Of a stretch of DNA of 64,000 bases, positions 8,526-17,578 are shown one piece after another. The translations under genes were made by a program, and so were the position numbers. The notes beneath the pieces were generated by a model that saw only the letters and a list, made by a program, of their open reading frames with translations, had not been told where the DNA came from and did no database searches. This DNA is from Promethearchaeota archaeon (lineage in GTDB: Archaea > Asgardarchaeota > Lokiarchaeia > Sigyniarchaeales > SOKP01): NCBI GenBank assembly GCA_048940645.1, contig JBHLOI010000004.1, positions 27,966 through 91,965 of the forward strand, given 5' to 3'. How positions within the stretch are numbered: the stretch's first letter is position 1; each line of letters starts with the position of its first letter.

Positions 8526-9578
8526 TTGAGGGATTGTTTTATTATGATAGTAGAATTAGAAAAAGATATGAAAGATAATGAAATCGTTAAAAAAACGAAA
8601 AAGTTGAGTAAAAGACTACAAATTACCTTAGGAACAGCTGGTATAATTGCAATTGTTATCATATTATTATCTTTAAGTTATTATTTTTTCAAGGTACCAG
8701 AGGGGTTACCTCAGATAATAATTTTTGGCACAACGCATGGAGCTATTATTTCCCTACTTGCAATCGGGCTCTCATTAGTGTATGGTGTAGGAGGAGTTAT
8801 GAACTTAGCTCATGGGGGATTCTATTTAATGTCAGGATATATTTTTTACTGGACGGTAACGGCTACGAAAGTATTCATGCCATTTGGGGGAATAATATTA
8901 GGTATAATTATAGTATTGATAGCTATAACGATTATTGGAGCTGCTTCATACCTCTTATTTATTAAACCTTTGATGAATTCTCCTATAGGTGTATTAATGG
9001 TTACATTTGCTATTGCTTATTTCTTTCAAGCATTGATTCTGCTGATAGTTCAAGTATCCCACCCATTATTAATGGATGAATTAATTCCAGGTAGTATTAC
9101 AATTTTTGACGTTACATTCGGCGCTCAAAATATCTTAATCATTATTCTTTCATTATCAATTGTAATCGGTGTTACAATATTTATTAGTAAAACTAAACTT
9201 GGGAAATCTATTAGAGCAGTTGCTCAAGATAGAGAGGCAGCAATGCTTATGGGTATAAATGCTGATAGAATCCTTATGTATGTTGTAATGATCTCTGCTT
9301 TTTTAACAGGTGTAGCAGCAATCCTCAATGTACCCAAAGAATATATATCACCCTATGTGGGTTGGGGCATTTTAGCAGAGTCATTTGCAGTTGTTGTTCT
9401 TGGAGGATTGGGAAGTTTACCTGGTAGTGTTGCTGGATCATTCATCCTTGGCTATGCAACTTCTATCTGTAATTATCTGATCGACCCCTCTTTTGCTGCT
9501 TTAATCCCTGGTATTGTGATCGTGGTAACCCTTGTACTAAGACCTCAGGGCTTATTTGGAAAAAAAGAAATTGATTAA
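8526..9578 (+). CDS. livH: Branched-chain amino acid ABC transporter permease (LivH-type)
   Basis: It is a polytopic membrane protein with LivH-type blocks (LSLVYGVGGVMNLAHGGFYLMSGY, KLGKSIRAVAQDREAAMLMGIN). The start is uncertain (TTG 8526, ATG 8544 or ATG 8568). Confidence 0.85.
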   Translation: MRDCFIMIVELEKDMKDNEIVKKTKKLSKRLQITLGTAGIIAIVIILLSLSYYFFKVPEGLPQIIIFGTTHGAIISLLAIGLSLVYGVGGVMNLAHGGFYLMSGYIFYWTVTATKVFMPFGGIILGIIIVLIAITIIGAASYLLFIKPLMNSPIGVLMVTFAIAYFFQALILLIVQVSHPLLMDELIPGSITIFDVTFGAQNILIIILSLSIVIGVTIFISKTKLGKSIRAVAQDREAAMLMGINADRILMYVVMISAFLTGVAAILNVPKEYISPYVGWGILAESFAVVVLGGLGSLPGSVAGSFILGYATSICNYLIDPSFAALIPGIVIVVTLVLRPQGLFGKKEID

Positions 9579-9620
9579 TTTATTAAAAAGATAGTAATAA
9601 TTAAAGGTGTTTATATAAAA

Positions 9621-10646
9621 GTGTCAAAATTAAAGGAAATTATAGGAAATTACATTAGGATTAAAAGTAAACCTTCTCGTCGTCTAATATCTTGGGTAAA
9701 AACCTTTAAGGGTAGTTTAACATTACTCTGTTTACTTGGACTATTTGCTTTACCATTGCTTACTGATAATCCATATTATTTGGGAATATTTATTAATGCA
9801 GCGATTTTTTCAATTTTTGCTGCAAGCTGGAACTTTTTAGGGGGGTATACCGGACAAGTAAGTTTTGGACATGCAATATTTTTGGGCATGGGTGGTTATA
9901 TAACTGCATCTTTAGTTCGTTATTTTAATGTCGCATGGTCCATTTCACTTATTGTGGGTGGGCTCTTTTCTGTATTAATTGCCTTTTTCATTGGTATTAT
10001 TTGTTTACGATTAAAAGGCCCCTACTTAGCTTTAGGAACCATGGCTTTAGGTCTTTTTACAATGGCTTTATTCAATAATGAGTTACTGGGAACAGCTAGT
10101 GACTGGCTATTTTTCGGATCACAGGGAATTGATAGAGTCCCTCGCATCTCTAGAGATGTAGTAGAAATATTTTATGTTTATCTGATTATTATGATAGTTT
10201 CAGTTATAATAATGATTCTTATTGGTGATTCTAAAATGGGTACAATTTTCAAATCCATTCGAGATGATGATACTGGAGCCGAAGCCTCAGGTATTAATTT
10301 AACTAAATATAAAGTTATTGCATTCATGATAAGTGGCTTTTTTGCAGGAATTGCTGGAGGCCTTCTCGCTATGCAATCTAGGAATGTAGCTCCTGCATTT
10401 TTTCAGCCTCTTTATTCATTTTACGCAATAATTATGACTGCTATCGGAGGAATAGGTTTAATATCTGGATCAGTCCTTGGAGGCTTTATTTTCTTTGGGT
10501 TAGAAGCATTATTAAGTGACGTATGGGATCCAGTATTTTTATTTTCTATCATCTTAATTTTAATCATTCGATTTGCTGAAATGGGACTTTTAAGACCTGT
10601 CTTAGAACACTTAAGAGATCTCTGGGATTTGGTATTAGGAAAATAA
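9621..10646 (+). CDS. livM: Branched-chain amino acid ABC transporter permease (LivM-type)
   Basis: It carries LivM-type blocks: GGYTGQVSFGHAIFLGMGGY, LKGPYLALGTMALG, IRDDDTGAEASGINLTKYK. Confidence 0.85.
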   Translation: MSKLKEIIGNYIRIKSKPSRRLISWVKTFKGSLTLLCLLGLFALPLLTDNPYYLGIFINAAIFSIFAASWNFLGGYTGQVSFGHAIFLGMGGYITASLVRYFNVAWSISLIVGGLFSVLIAFFIGIICLRLKGPYLALGTMALGLFTMALFNNELLGTASDWLFFGSQGIDRVPRISRDVVEIFYVYLIIMIVSVIIMILIGDSKMGTIFKSIRDDDTGAEASGINLTKYKVIAFMISGFFAGIAGGLLAMQSRNVAPAFFQPLYSFYAIIMTAIGGIGLISGSVLGGFIFFGLEALLSDVWDPVFLFSIILILIIRFAEMGLLRPVLEHLRDLWDLVLGK

Positions 10647-10673
10647 AAAAAAATATAATAATAATTAAAAAAT

Positions 10674-11426
10674 GTGAATTATAATATGGGAATAATTTTA
10701 GAAGTAAAGAATCTAACAAAAAAATTTGGCGGATTAACAGCGGTTAATGATTTTAGTTTTGAAATTCATCAAGGAGAATTTCTTGGACTAATTGGTCCAA
10801 ATGGTGCTGGAAAAACTACTGTTTTTAATTTAATATCTGGTTTTGAAAAGCCAAGTGCGGGGACTATTAGATTTGATGGTATTGATATCACAGGTAAAAA
10901 ACCTCATAAAATTGTAAATTTTGGAATCGCTCGAACCTTTCAACTAGTTAGATCGTTTAAATTTCTCAATCTGCTTGATAATGTTACCGTTTCATGTCTT
11001 TCTCCTAGAGGAAAAAAAGTTGCAAGACATGTTGGATTTGAGGAATATGCTAGTTCAATTCTTGCTTCTGTTGGACTTGTAGATAGAGCTAGAATCCCTC
11101 CTGTTATTTTACCGCATGGTGATTTAAGGAAATTGCAAATTGGTAAAGCTGTTGGTACTAATCCTAAATTACTTCTTCTAGATGAACCATTTAGCGGTCT
11201 TACGCATGAAGAACAGGAAGTTATTACAGATTTAATTATAAAATTACATGATGATGGGGTAACCGTTTTTCTTACAGGACATGTGCTAAGAGAATTAATG
11301 CAGTTAGTCCCAAGAGTAATTGCTATGCATCAAGGTAAATTTATTGCTGAAGGTTCTCCATTAGAAGTCGCAAATAATAAAATAGTACTTGAAGCATATT
11401 TAGGGAGAGGTGAAGAATTTGCTTGA
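10674..11426 (+). CDS. livG: Branched-chain amino acid ABC transporter ATPase (LivG-type)
   Basis: It has Walker A GPNGAGKTT, a Q-loop, an ABC signature region and Walker B LLLLDEP. The N-terminal LxVxNLTKxFGGLxAVND is typical of LivG. Confidence 0.9.
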   Translation: MNYNMGIILEVKNLTKKFGGLTAVNDFSFEIHQGEFLGLIGPNGAGKTTVFNLISGFEKPSAGTIRFDGIDITGKKPHKIVNFGIARTFQLVRSFKFLNLLDNVTVSCLSPRGKKVARHVGFEEYASSILASVGLVDRARIPPVILPHGDLRKLQIGKAVGTNPKLLLLDEPFSGLTHEEQEVITDLIIKLHDDGVTVFLTGHVLRELMQLVPRVIAMHQGKFIAEGSPLEVANNKIVLEAYLGRGEEFA

Positions 11427-12123
11427 ATTAAAAAAAATTTATCATTATTATGGAAAAGCTAAATCTCTTGAAGAGATAAATTTAAAAGTGGAACAAAAAT
11501 CCTTAGATTCCGTTATAGGACCCAATGGTGCTGGAAAATCAACTCTTCTTAGAGTAATTTCCGGATTAGAAGAGCCTGATAGAGGTAAAATCATCTTCGA
11601 AGGAGTGAGAATTGATGAAGAAAAACCTTATAGAATTGCGAGAATGGGAATCGCCCATTGTCCAGAACGCCGAAGACTTTTTTATGATATGAGCGTTGAG
11701 GAAAATCTTAGCATGGGGGCATATTCACTAAAGGATAAATCAAAATTAAAGGGATTATTACAATTTATATTTGAAATTTTTCCTCGTCTTAAGGAAAGAA
11801 AGAAACAAAGAGCTGGAACTCTCAGTGGTGGTGAACAACAAATGCTTGCTATAGCACGTTCTCTTATGTCAAACCCAAAATTACTCTTAATGGATGAACC
11901 TTCGTTAGGACTTGCACCTAAAATTAAAAACAAAATATTTGAAGCCATCCAAAAAGTTAAAGAAGAAGGTACTACAACACTTTTAATTGAACAAGATGCT
12001 GTCTTAGCTATGGATATAGCAGATTATATTCATGTACTAGAAGAAGGAAAAATCGAAATGAGAGGTACAAAACAAGAATTAAATCGAGAACCTAGAATTA
12101 AACAAGTATATTTAGGGATTTAG
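11410..12123 (+). CDS. livF: Branched-chain amino acid ABC transporter ATPase (LivF-type)
   Basis: It has Walker A GPNGAGKST, signature LSGGEQQMLAIARSL and Walker B LLLMDEPSLGLAP. It overlaps livG by 17 nt. Confidence 0.9.
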   Translation: MKNLLELKKIYHYYGKAKSLEEINLKVEQKSLDSVIGPNGAGKSTLLRVISGLEEPDRGKIIFEGVRIDEEKPYRIARMGIAHCPERRRLFYDMSVEENLSMGAYSLKDKSKLKGLLQFIFEIFPRLKERKKQRAGTLSGGEQQMLAIARSLMSNPKLLLMDEPSLGLAPKIKNKIFEAIQKVKEEGTTTLLIEQDAVLAMDIADYIHVLEEGKIEMRGTKQELNREPRIKQVYLGI

Positions 12124-12133
12124 GTGGGTTAAA

Positions 12134-13633
12134 ATGTCAGCAACATTAGAAAAATTATTAAGAGATGCAAGAATAGATTTGGTTTTATCAAGAATCGAGA
12201 AAGATTCCTCTGTGTTAAATGAAGTGATTGAATATTTAGATAGTGAAATAAGATCAATTAAATTTAATGCTATATTTATATTAGGGGAATTAGGTCAGAA
12301 ATCTGTAAATGGAATTCCTAAATTAATAAATTGTTTAGATAGTGAGGATTGGAGCATAATACGTGAAGCCGTCCGATCATTGGGAAAAATAGGACCACTA
12401 GCAAACGAATCAATTCCGAAATTAACAGGATTATTAACCAGCAAGGAAGATACAATTCGGAAAGAAACGGCTATAGCTTTAGGAAATATTCAAAAACTTT
12501 CTATTGACGCCATTAAAGGATTAACTAGTGCTTTAAAAGACAACAATGAAGAGGTTCGAGCTGAAACAGCAAAAGCTCTTGGAAAGATGGGACCTGAAGG
12601 TTACGAAATTGTTCCAGAATTGATAAAAAGTCTTAAGGATATAAGCTGGTTAGTTAGAACCACATCTGCTCAATCGATAAGTCAAATTGGGAAAGTATCT
12701 CCAAAAGCAATTCCTACCTTAATTAGTGCCTTGGAAGATAAGGATTGGAGAGTTCGTTATAGAGTTATAAATACTCTAGCACAAATAGGAGGAGATGAAA
12801 TAGTTTCTAATCTTTTAAAATATTTAAACCATAATAAATCACAAGTTAGAAAGGAAGCAGTTGATGCTTTAGGAGAACTTAAACAATCTGATCCTGTAGT
12901 TCTTGAAAGTTTATATCCATTATTAGAAGATGGAAATGAAGCTGTTAGAGGTAAAACAGCTGATACACTCCGAAGTATTGGAAAAAAAGCAATCCCACCC
13001 TTAATTAAATCCTATGATGATAATTTGAAATTTCCAATTGATTGGGTTCTTTACTGGGTCTTAATTTTCTTAGCTGTACCTTATTGGCTGCTTTTTGGAG
13101 GGATTTATATCTTAATCTTGCCATTACTTATTTCATTTATTCTCACGCTCAGAAGGTTAATACTTCATATTATGGCCAATCAAAGAAAAAAAATAATGAT
13201 TATTTCTAGTCTTGGAGGAATGGGCCCAGATGCTATAGAGGCAGTTCCATTTATTATAGATTTATTAAAGACAAAGGTTAATGCAAAAATTCGAGCTGAA
13301 ATGGCTAGAACATTAGGAAAAATTGGAATTAATTCTGAGCAAGCGGTTTTAGCATTGGAAGGCACCCTTAATGATCCAAAAAGCATTGTAAGACGTGAGG
13401 CAGCACTAGCTTTAGGAAAAATTGGTTCTCTAGCCACTAGAGCAGTTCCTACGTTAGTAAAATCATTACAAGATAAGAATGCAGATGTTAGATGGAGAGC
13501 TTCTGAAGCATTAGGTTTTATTGGAGTTAATACAAACGAAGTCATTTCTAATTTAAATAGCTTAATCCATGACGAATGCGATTATGTCTGTGAATCTGCC
13601 ATCAATGCTATAGATAGTTTAACAGAAGAGTGA
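12134..13633 (+). CDS. HEAT (PBS-lyase type) repeat protein interrupted by a hydrophobic hairpin
   Basis: It has at least 10 repeats of the xxVRxxAxxALGxIG type (EVRAETAKALGKMG, WRVRYRVINTLAQIG, SIVRREAALALGKIG, ADVRWRASEALGFIG). The central stretch FPIDWVLYWVLIFLAVPYWLLFGGIYILILPLLISFILTL is predicted to be 2 TM helices. The gene starts 10 nt after the livF stop. Confidence 0.75.
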   Translation: MSATLEKLLRDARIDLVLSRIEKDSSVLNEVIEYLDSEIRSIKFNAIFILGELGQKSVNGIPKLINCLDSEDWSIIREAVRSLGKIGPLANESIPKLTGLLTSKEDTIRKETAIALGNIQKLSIDAIKGLTSALKDNNEEVRAETAKALGKMGPEGYEIVPELIKSLKDISWLVRTTSAQSISQIGKVSPKAIPTLISALEDKDWRVRYRVINTLAQIGGDEIVSNLLKYLNHNKSQVRKEAVDALGELKQSDPVVLESLYPLLEDGNEAVRGKTADTLRSIGKKAIPPLIKSYDDNLKFPIDWVLYWVLIFLAVPYWLLFGGIYILILPLLISFILTLRRLILHIMANQRKKIMIISSLGGMGPDAIEAVPFIIDLLKTKVNAKIRAEMARTLGKIGINSEQAVLALEGTLNDPKSIVRREAALALGKIGSLATRAVPTLVKSLQDKNADVRWRASEALGFIGVNTNEVISNLNSLIHDECDYVCESAINAIDSLTEE

Positions 13634-13719
13634 TTTTAAGTTTAATCAAAATATTTTTATTTAATATTAAATCATTTGAATTTATATGAGTTACTAAATA
13701 TTTGAGGTATTTATGAAAA

Positions 13720-15408
13720 ATGAGTGAAGAAAATCCATATGCATCAAAACCTTGGTTAAAACATTACGATGAGGGAGTACCTCCTCACATAGATTATCCT
13801 GAAATAAATATCTATGAATTTTTAGATAATGCCACAAAAGATTTTGGTGGTCGTACAGCAATATGGTTTATGAAAAATAAAATTTCTTATAAGAAATTAA
13901 AAGATATAGCCGACAGATTAGCAACTGCTCTTGTTGACTTAGGAGTTAAGAAGGGTGACGCTGTGGCAATAATGATACCTAATTTTCCGCAATTCATAAT
14001 GAGTTACTATGGAATATTAAGAGCTGGTGGAGTAGTTACTTGCTGTAGCGTACTCCATACGGAACATGAACTAGCTTACCAATTAAACGATTCTGGAGCA
14101 GAAATAATTATTGCTTGGGATAATCAAGTAGATAAAATTAATAAGATTCGGGATAGAACGCGTTTAAGGCATGTTATAATTACAAATGTGCTAGATTATT
14201 CTCCAATGGCTCCTCGTAATCCTCCTGAAATATCAGGAACGAAGCAATTCTTAAACTTAATTGACAGTACAAAATCAAATCCCCCTAAGTTTGAAACCAA
14301 CGCGAAAGAAGATGTTGCCAGTCTTCAATATACCGGAGGTACAACTGGAGTGCCTAAAGGCGCTATGTTAACCCATTACAATTTAGTTTCAAATTGTCTT
14401 GCAACGCTTTCTTGGATTGGTCAAGAATCGAACAGAGGAAAGGAAACCATCTTGACAAATTTACCACTGTTTCATATTTATGGACAAACTGTTTGTATGA
14501 ACATACATGTTTATAATGCCTCGACAATAGCTTTAAATCCAGATCCTCGTGATCAAAAATCTTTATTTGAAATAATAAAAGCAACACAGCCTTCAATGTT
14601 TCCAGGAGTTCCAACAATGTATATGCGTTTATTAGAAAGAGATGATTTAGAAGATTATGCTAAAGATCTTAAATCTATAAGAGTTTGCAATACAGGTGCA
14701 GCTCCAATGCCTCCTGAAGTTCTTAAGGAATTTGAAGAAAGAACTGGTGGAAAAGTGATAGAAGGATACGGAATGACAGAAACTTCGCCAGTAACACATA
14801 GTAATCCTATAGCTGGAGAAAGAAAGATCGGCTCTGTGGGAATGCCTATACCTGATACTGAAGTAAAAATAGTCGATATTGAGGATTATACAAAAATAAT
14901 TCCTCTTGGAGAAGCAGGAGAAATAATGATAAAAGGACCACAAGTAATGAAAGGTTATTGGAATAAGCCAGAGGAAACAGCGAATCAATTGAAAGGTGAG
15001 TGGGTACTGACAGGAGATATTGGAAAAATGGATGAGGATGGCTATTTTTACATTGTTGATCGAAAGAAAGATATGATAAATGTAAGTGGTTTTAAAGTTT
15101 ATCCTCGAGAACTTGAGGATGTTTTGTTTGAATATGAAGCAATAGAAAATGTTGCGATTATAGGAATTCCTGACCCAGATCTCCGCGGAAGTGAAAAAGT
15201 AAAAGCATATGTTGTATTAAAAGATGGATATAAAGAAAGTGAAGAAATTAAAAGTGAAATTAAGGAATTCTGTAGGCAAAATGTTGCCCCATATAAAATT
15301 CCAAAATTCATCGAATTTAGAAAAGAACTTCCAGAAACCTTAGTTGGTAAAGTTCAAAGGAAGGAATTAAAAGATATTGAAGCAAAAAGAAGAGGAGAAG
15401 AAGTTTAA
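13720..15408 (+). CDS. fadD: Long-chain/medium-chain fatty acid--CoA ligase (AMP-forming, ANL superfamily)
   Basis: It has the AMP-binding motif LQYTGGTTGVPKGAMLTH, then EGYGMTETSP, TGDIGKMDEDGYFYIVDRKKD and a C-terminal PKxxxGKxxRxEL. Confidence 0.9.
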   Translation: MSEENPYASKPWLKHYDEGVPPHIDYPEINIYEFLDNATKDFGGRTAIWFMKNKISYKKLKDIADRLATALVDLGVKKGDAVAIMIPNFPQFIMSYYGILRAGGVVTCCSVLHTEHELAYQLNDSGAEIIIAWDNQVDKINKIRDRTRLRHVIITNVLDYSPMAPRNPPEISGTKQFLNLIDSTKSNPPKFETNAKEDVASLQYTGGTTGVPKGAMLTHYNLVSNCLATLSWIGQESNRGKETILTNLPLFHIYGQTVCMNIHVYNASTIALNPDPRDQKSLFEIIKATQPSMFPGVPTMYMRLLERDDLEDYAKDLKSIRVCNTGAAPMPPEVLKEFEERTGGKVIEGYGMTETSPVTHSNPIAGERKIGSVGMPIPDTEVKIVDIEDYTKIIPLGEAGEIMIKGPQVMKGYWNKPEETANQLKGEWVLTGDIGKMDEDGYFYIVDRKKDMINVSGFKVYPRELEDVLFEYEAIENVAIIGIPDPDLRGSEKVKAYVVLKDGYKESEEIKSEIKEFCRQNVAPYKIPKFIEFRKELPETLVGKVQRKELKDIEAKRRGEEV

Positions 15409-15451
15409 TCCTCTTAAAAAACTAATATTTTTTATCGACTCCCTTTTATTC

Positions 15452-15461
15452 TTTTTTTTTT
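15452..15461 (+). terminator. Oligo-T tract (T10) after the acyl-CoA ligase gene
   Basis: A T10 run lies about 45 nt downstream of the stop. Confidence 0.4.
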
Positions 15462-15501
15462 ACAGAAATTATCATTAAAAGTTAAAATTATAAAATAAAG
15501 C

Positions 15502-16077
15502 ATGTTGGAAGCAATTCGTAAATTTGCGAGAGAAAATTCCGAATCTGATGATATTCATGGATTTCCTCACGTTGAAAGAGTATATAATTTGTGTCTTAAA
15601 ATAGGAAAAAAATTAGATGCTGATATTAAAATATTAAATATTGCAGCATTACTTCATGATATCGGAAGAAATAAAGAAGGAGTAAACACCTTTAACAGAA
15701 ATCATGCTGAAATTTCTGCAGAATTAGCAATTAACTTTTTAACTAACGTAGATATTGGACTCCCTAAAGAGAGTTTTGAGAATATTATTCATTGTATAAA
15801 AGCTCATTCTTTTTCAAACAAGTTAAAGCCTAAAACTCTGGAAGCAAAAATTTTGTCTGATGCAGACAAACTGGATGCATTAGGAGCTATTGGTTTATAT
15901 CGTACAATAGGATTTACAGTTAAAAGTAGGGGTGGAGTTGATCAGGTGATTGAACATTTGGAGAACAAAATAATGAAATTGAAAAGTCAGATTTATTTAG
16001 ACATTTCAAAAGAAATTGCAATAAAACGTGAAAAAATAATAGTGAAGTTTTATCATCAAATTATTGATGAAAGATAA
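15502..16077 (+). CDS. HD-domain metal-dependent phosphohydrolase
   Basis: The motifs are HGFPHVERV ... AALLHDIGR ... DADKLDALGAIG, a classic H..HD..D pattern. Confidence 0.8.
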   Translation: MLEAIRKFARENSESDDIHGFPHVERVYNLCLKIGKKLDADIKILNIAALLHDIGRNKEGVNTFNRNHAEISAELAINFLTNVDIGLPKESFENIIHCIKAHSFSNKLKPKTLEAKILSDADKLDALGAIGLYRTIGFTVKSRGGVDQVIEHLENKIMKLKSQIYLDISKEIAIKREKIIVKFYHQIIDER

Positions 16078-16131
16078 AGAAAAAGAATTTTCCTTCTGTT
16101 CTTAAAGAATTTACCTTGGTATAATCAAGTT

Positions 16132-16293
16132 TTGGAGAAGCTTGCGGATCATTTTCACAAATCATTAGATGATGCGAGAAGGTGGATTAAAGATCCTGAT
16201 GAATTAGAAACTGCACTTAAAGCTTTAAGTAATCGAGAGAAATCGGTGCTAACTTTAATTTCTAACCTTGATCAAGTAGAAGGTATTATGTAA
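16132..16293 (+). CDS. Possible small ORF (TTG start), in frame with and directly after the HD-domain gene stop
   Basis: There are 71 stop-free codons after TAA 16075..16077 in a genome where stop triplets are frequent. The peptide is helical-looking (LEKLADHFHKSLDDARRWIKDPDELETALKALSNREKSVLTLISNLDQVEGIM). There is no ATG. Confidence 0.25.
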   Translation: MEKLADHFHKSLDDARRWIKDPDELETALKALSNREKSVLTLISNLDQVEGIM

Positions 16294-16315
16294 AACAAAT
16301 TTTTATTTTTATTTT

Positions 16316-17518
16316 TTAACTAATTCTCAATATTATACTTAACAAGATTGGAAATTTTTCTTCAGACCCCCAAATCACATAGATTTTATCATCAATTGGT
16401 ATAGCAACATGCTTTGCCGCAACAATCCAATCTGTTCCAATATTATTCGCCGTTTTAGTATCTTCTTTAAATTTTAGATGCATAATTGCTCCAAAATAAT
16501 CACTTATTGTTGTATGAGTGATTTTAATATCCTTTAAATCTGGATTTGTGAATTCTTCTTTTATTGGATCTGGCTGTAAATGTCCTTTTAGTTTCTCGTA
16601 CGACAGTTGTAAAGCTGCTTGAATGATGACTTCTTCTTTCACAGCTTTATCATATTCAAATATAATAAGCCCACAATCTTTTTCAACTCCAATTATTCCT
16701 AAAGCGTTATATTCTTTTGAAACATCAATCCAACCATTTTCTGAACTCTCACCCATTATATATCTAAAAGATTTTAGAATCTTTAACTCATCTTCCCTTT
16801 CACTAATTATATTATCAATAACTTCATTGAGAGGTCTAGCAACATAGATCATTGTACCTGTTGGGCGTTCCATGACTTTATCAACCCATCTTTTATTAAT
16901 TAACCGTTCAATGATCCTATAAATTGTCGTTCTCTTGATATTCAGTTTTTTATTAAGATTTCCGACCTTTTCTCCTTTTTCACCAATCTGAAGTAGAGTC
17001 AAATACACCTTTGCCTCTTCAAGTGTTAATCCAACCTTCAATAAACCTAATCTTTGTAAGTTCTGAGTGTCATCTAGCAAAACTTTTGGAGTAGCCCATT
17101 TAATCTCTTTAATTTTACCTAAACTTGTATGGGGATCTAAATAAGGATCCTTTTTACGTAGTTCTCCTAAAGTCCTTGAAGCATCCATTAAACCTAATAG
17201 TATTGTATCTCCAGGCTCTATTCTACAGATAATTCTCCTCTCATCATCCTTAAATCCAATGATACTACCTCTTTTTTCTAAATTCATAGCAACAAGCCTT
17301 TCATATGAAACTTGTATAATTTTGTATTTAATTTTATCAATAAGAAGCTCTCCGAGTTCTTGTGAATCCCATAAAGAATTAATTTCTTCTAAATCATCAG
17401 TAATATCCCAATTATCAGATGAATAGACTATTTTACTATTTCCTTCAATAATGATTGTTGAGATAATTCTAGATTCAGGTGTAAGAAATTTATCTAACCT
17501 GTTGATAATTTTTTCCAA
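16316..17518 (-). CDS. TrmB-family winged-helix regulator with N-terminal profilin-like (or roadblock-like) alpha/beta domain
   Basis: Residues ~160-225, LTLEEAKVYLTLLQIGEKGEKVGNLNKKLNIKRTTIYRIIERLINKRWVDKV, form a TrmB-type wHTH. Residues 1-122 follow the profilin order: N-helix, STIIIEGNSKIVYSS, ITDDLEEINSLW, LLIDKIKYKIIQ, three strands, then the C-helix GLMDASRTLGELRK. It has a TTG start preceded by AAGGAGAA and lies 60 nt downstream of actin. Confidence 0.6.
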   Translation of the reverse strand: MEKIINRLDKFLTPESRIISTIIIEGNSKIVYSSDNWDITDDLEEINSLWDSQELGELLIDKIKYKIIQVSYERLVAMNLEKRGSIIGFKDDERRIICRIEPGDTILLGLMDASRTLGELRKKDPYLDPHTSLGKIKEIKWATPKVLLDDTQNLQRLGLLKVGLTLEEAKVYLTLLQIGEKGEKVGNLNKKLNIKRTTIYRIIERLINKRWVDKVMERPTGTMIYVARPLNEVIDNIISEREDELKILKSFRYIMGESSENGWIDVSKEYNALGIIGVEKDCGLIIFEYDKAVKEEVIIQAALQLSYEKLKGHLQPDPIKEEFTNPDLKDIKITHTTISDYFGAIMHLKFKEDTKTANNIGTDWIVAAKHVAIPIDDKIYVIWGSEEKFPILLSIILRIS

Positions 17519-17578
17519 TTCTCCTTAACCTCCTTTTTAAAATGGAATAAAAAAAATTGAAAATATTAAAATATTTCA

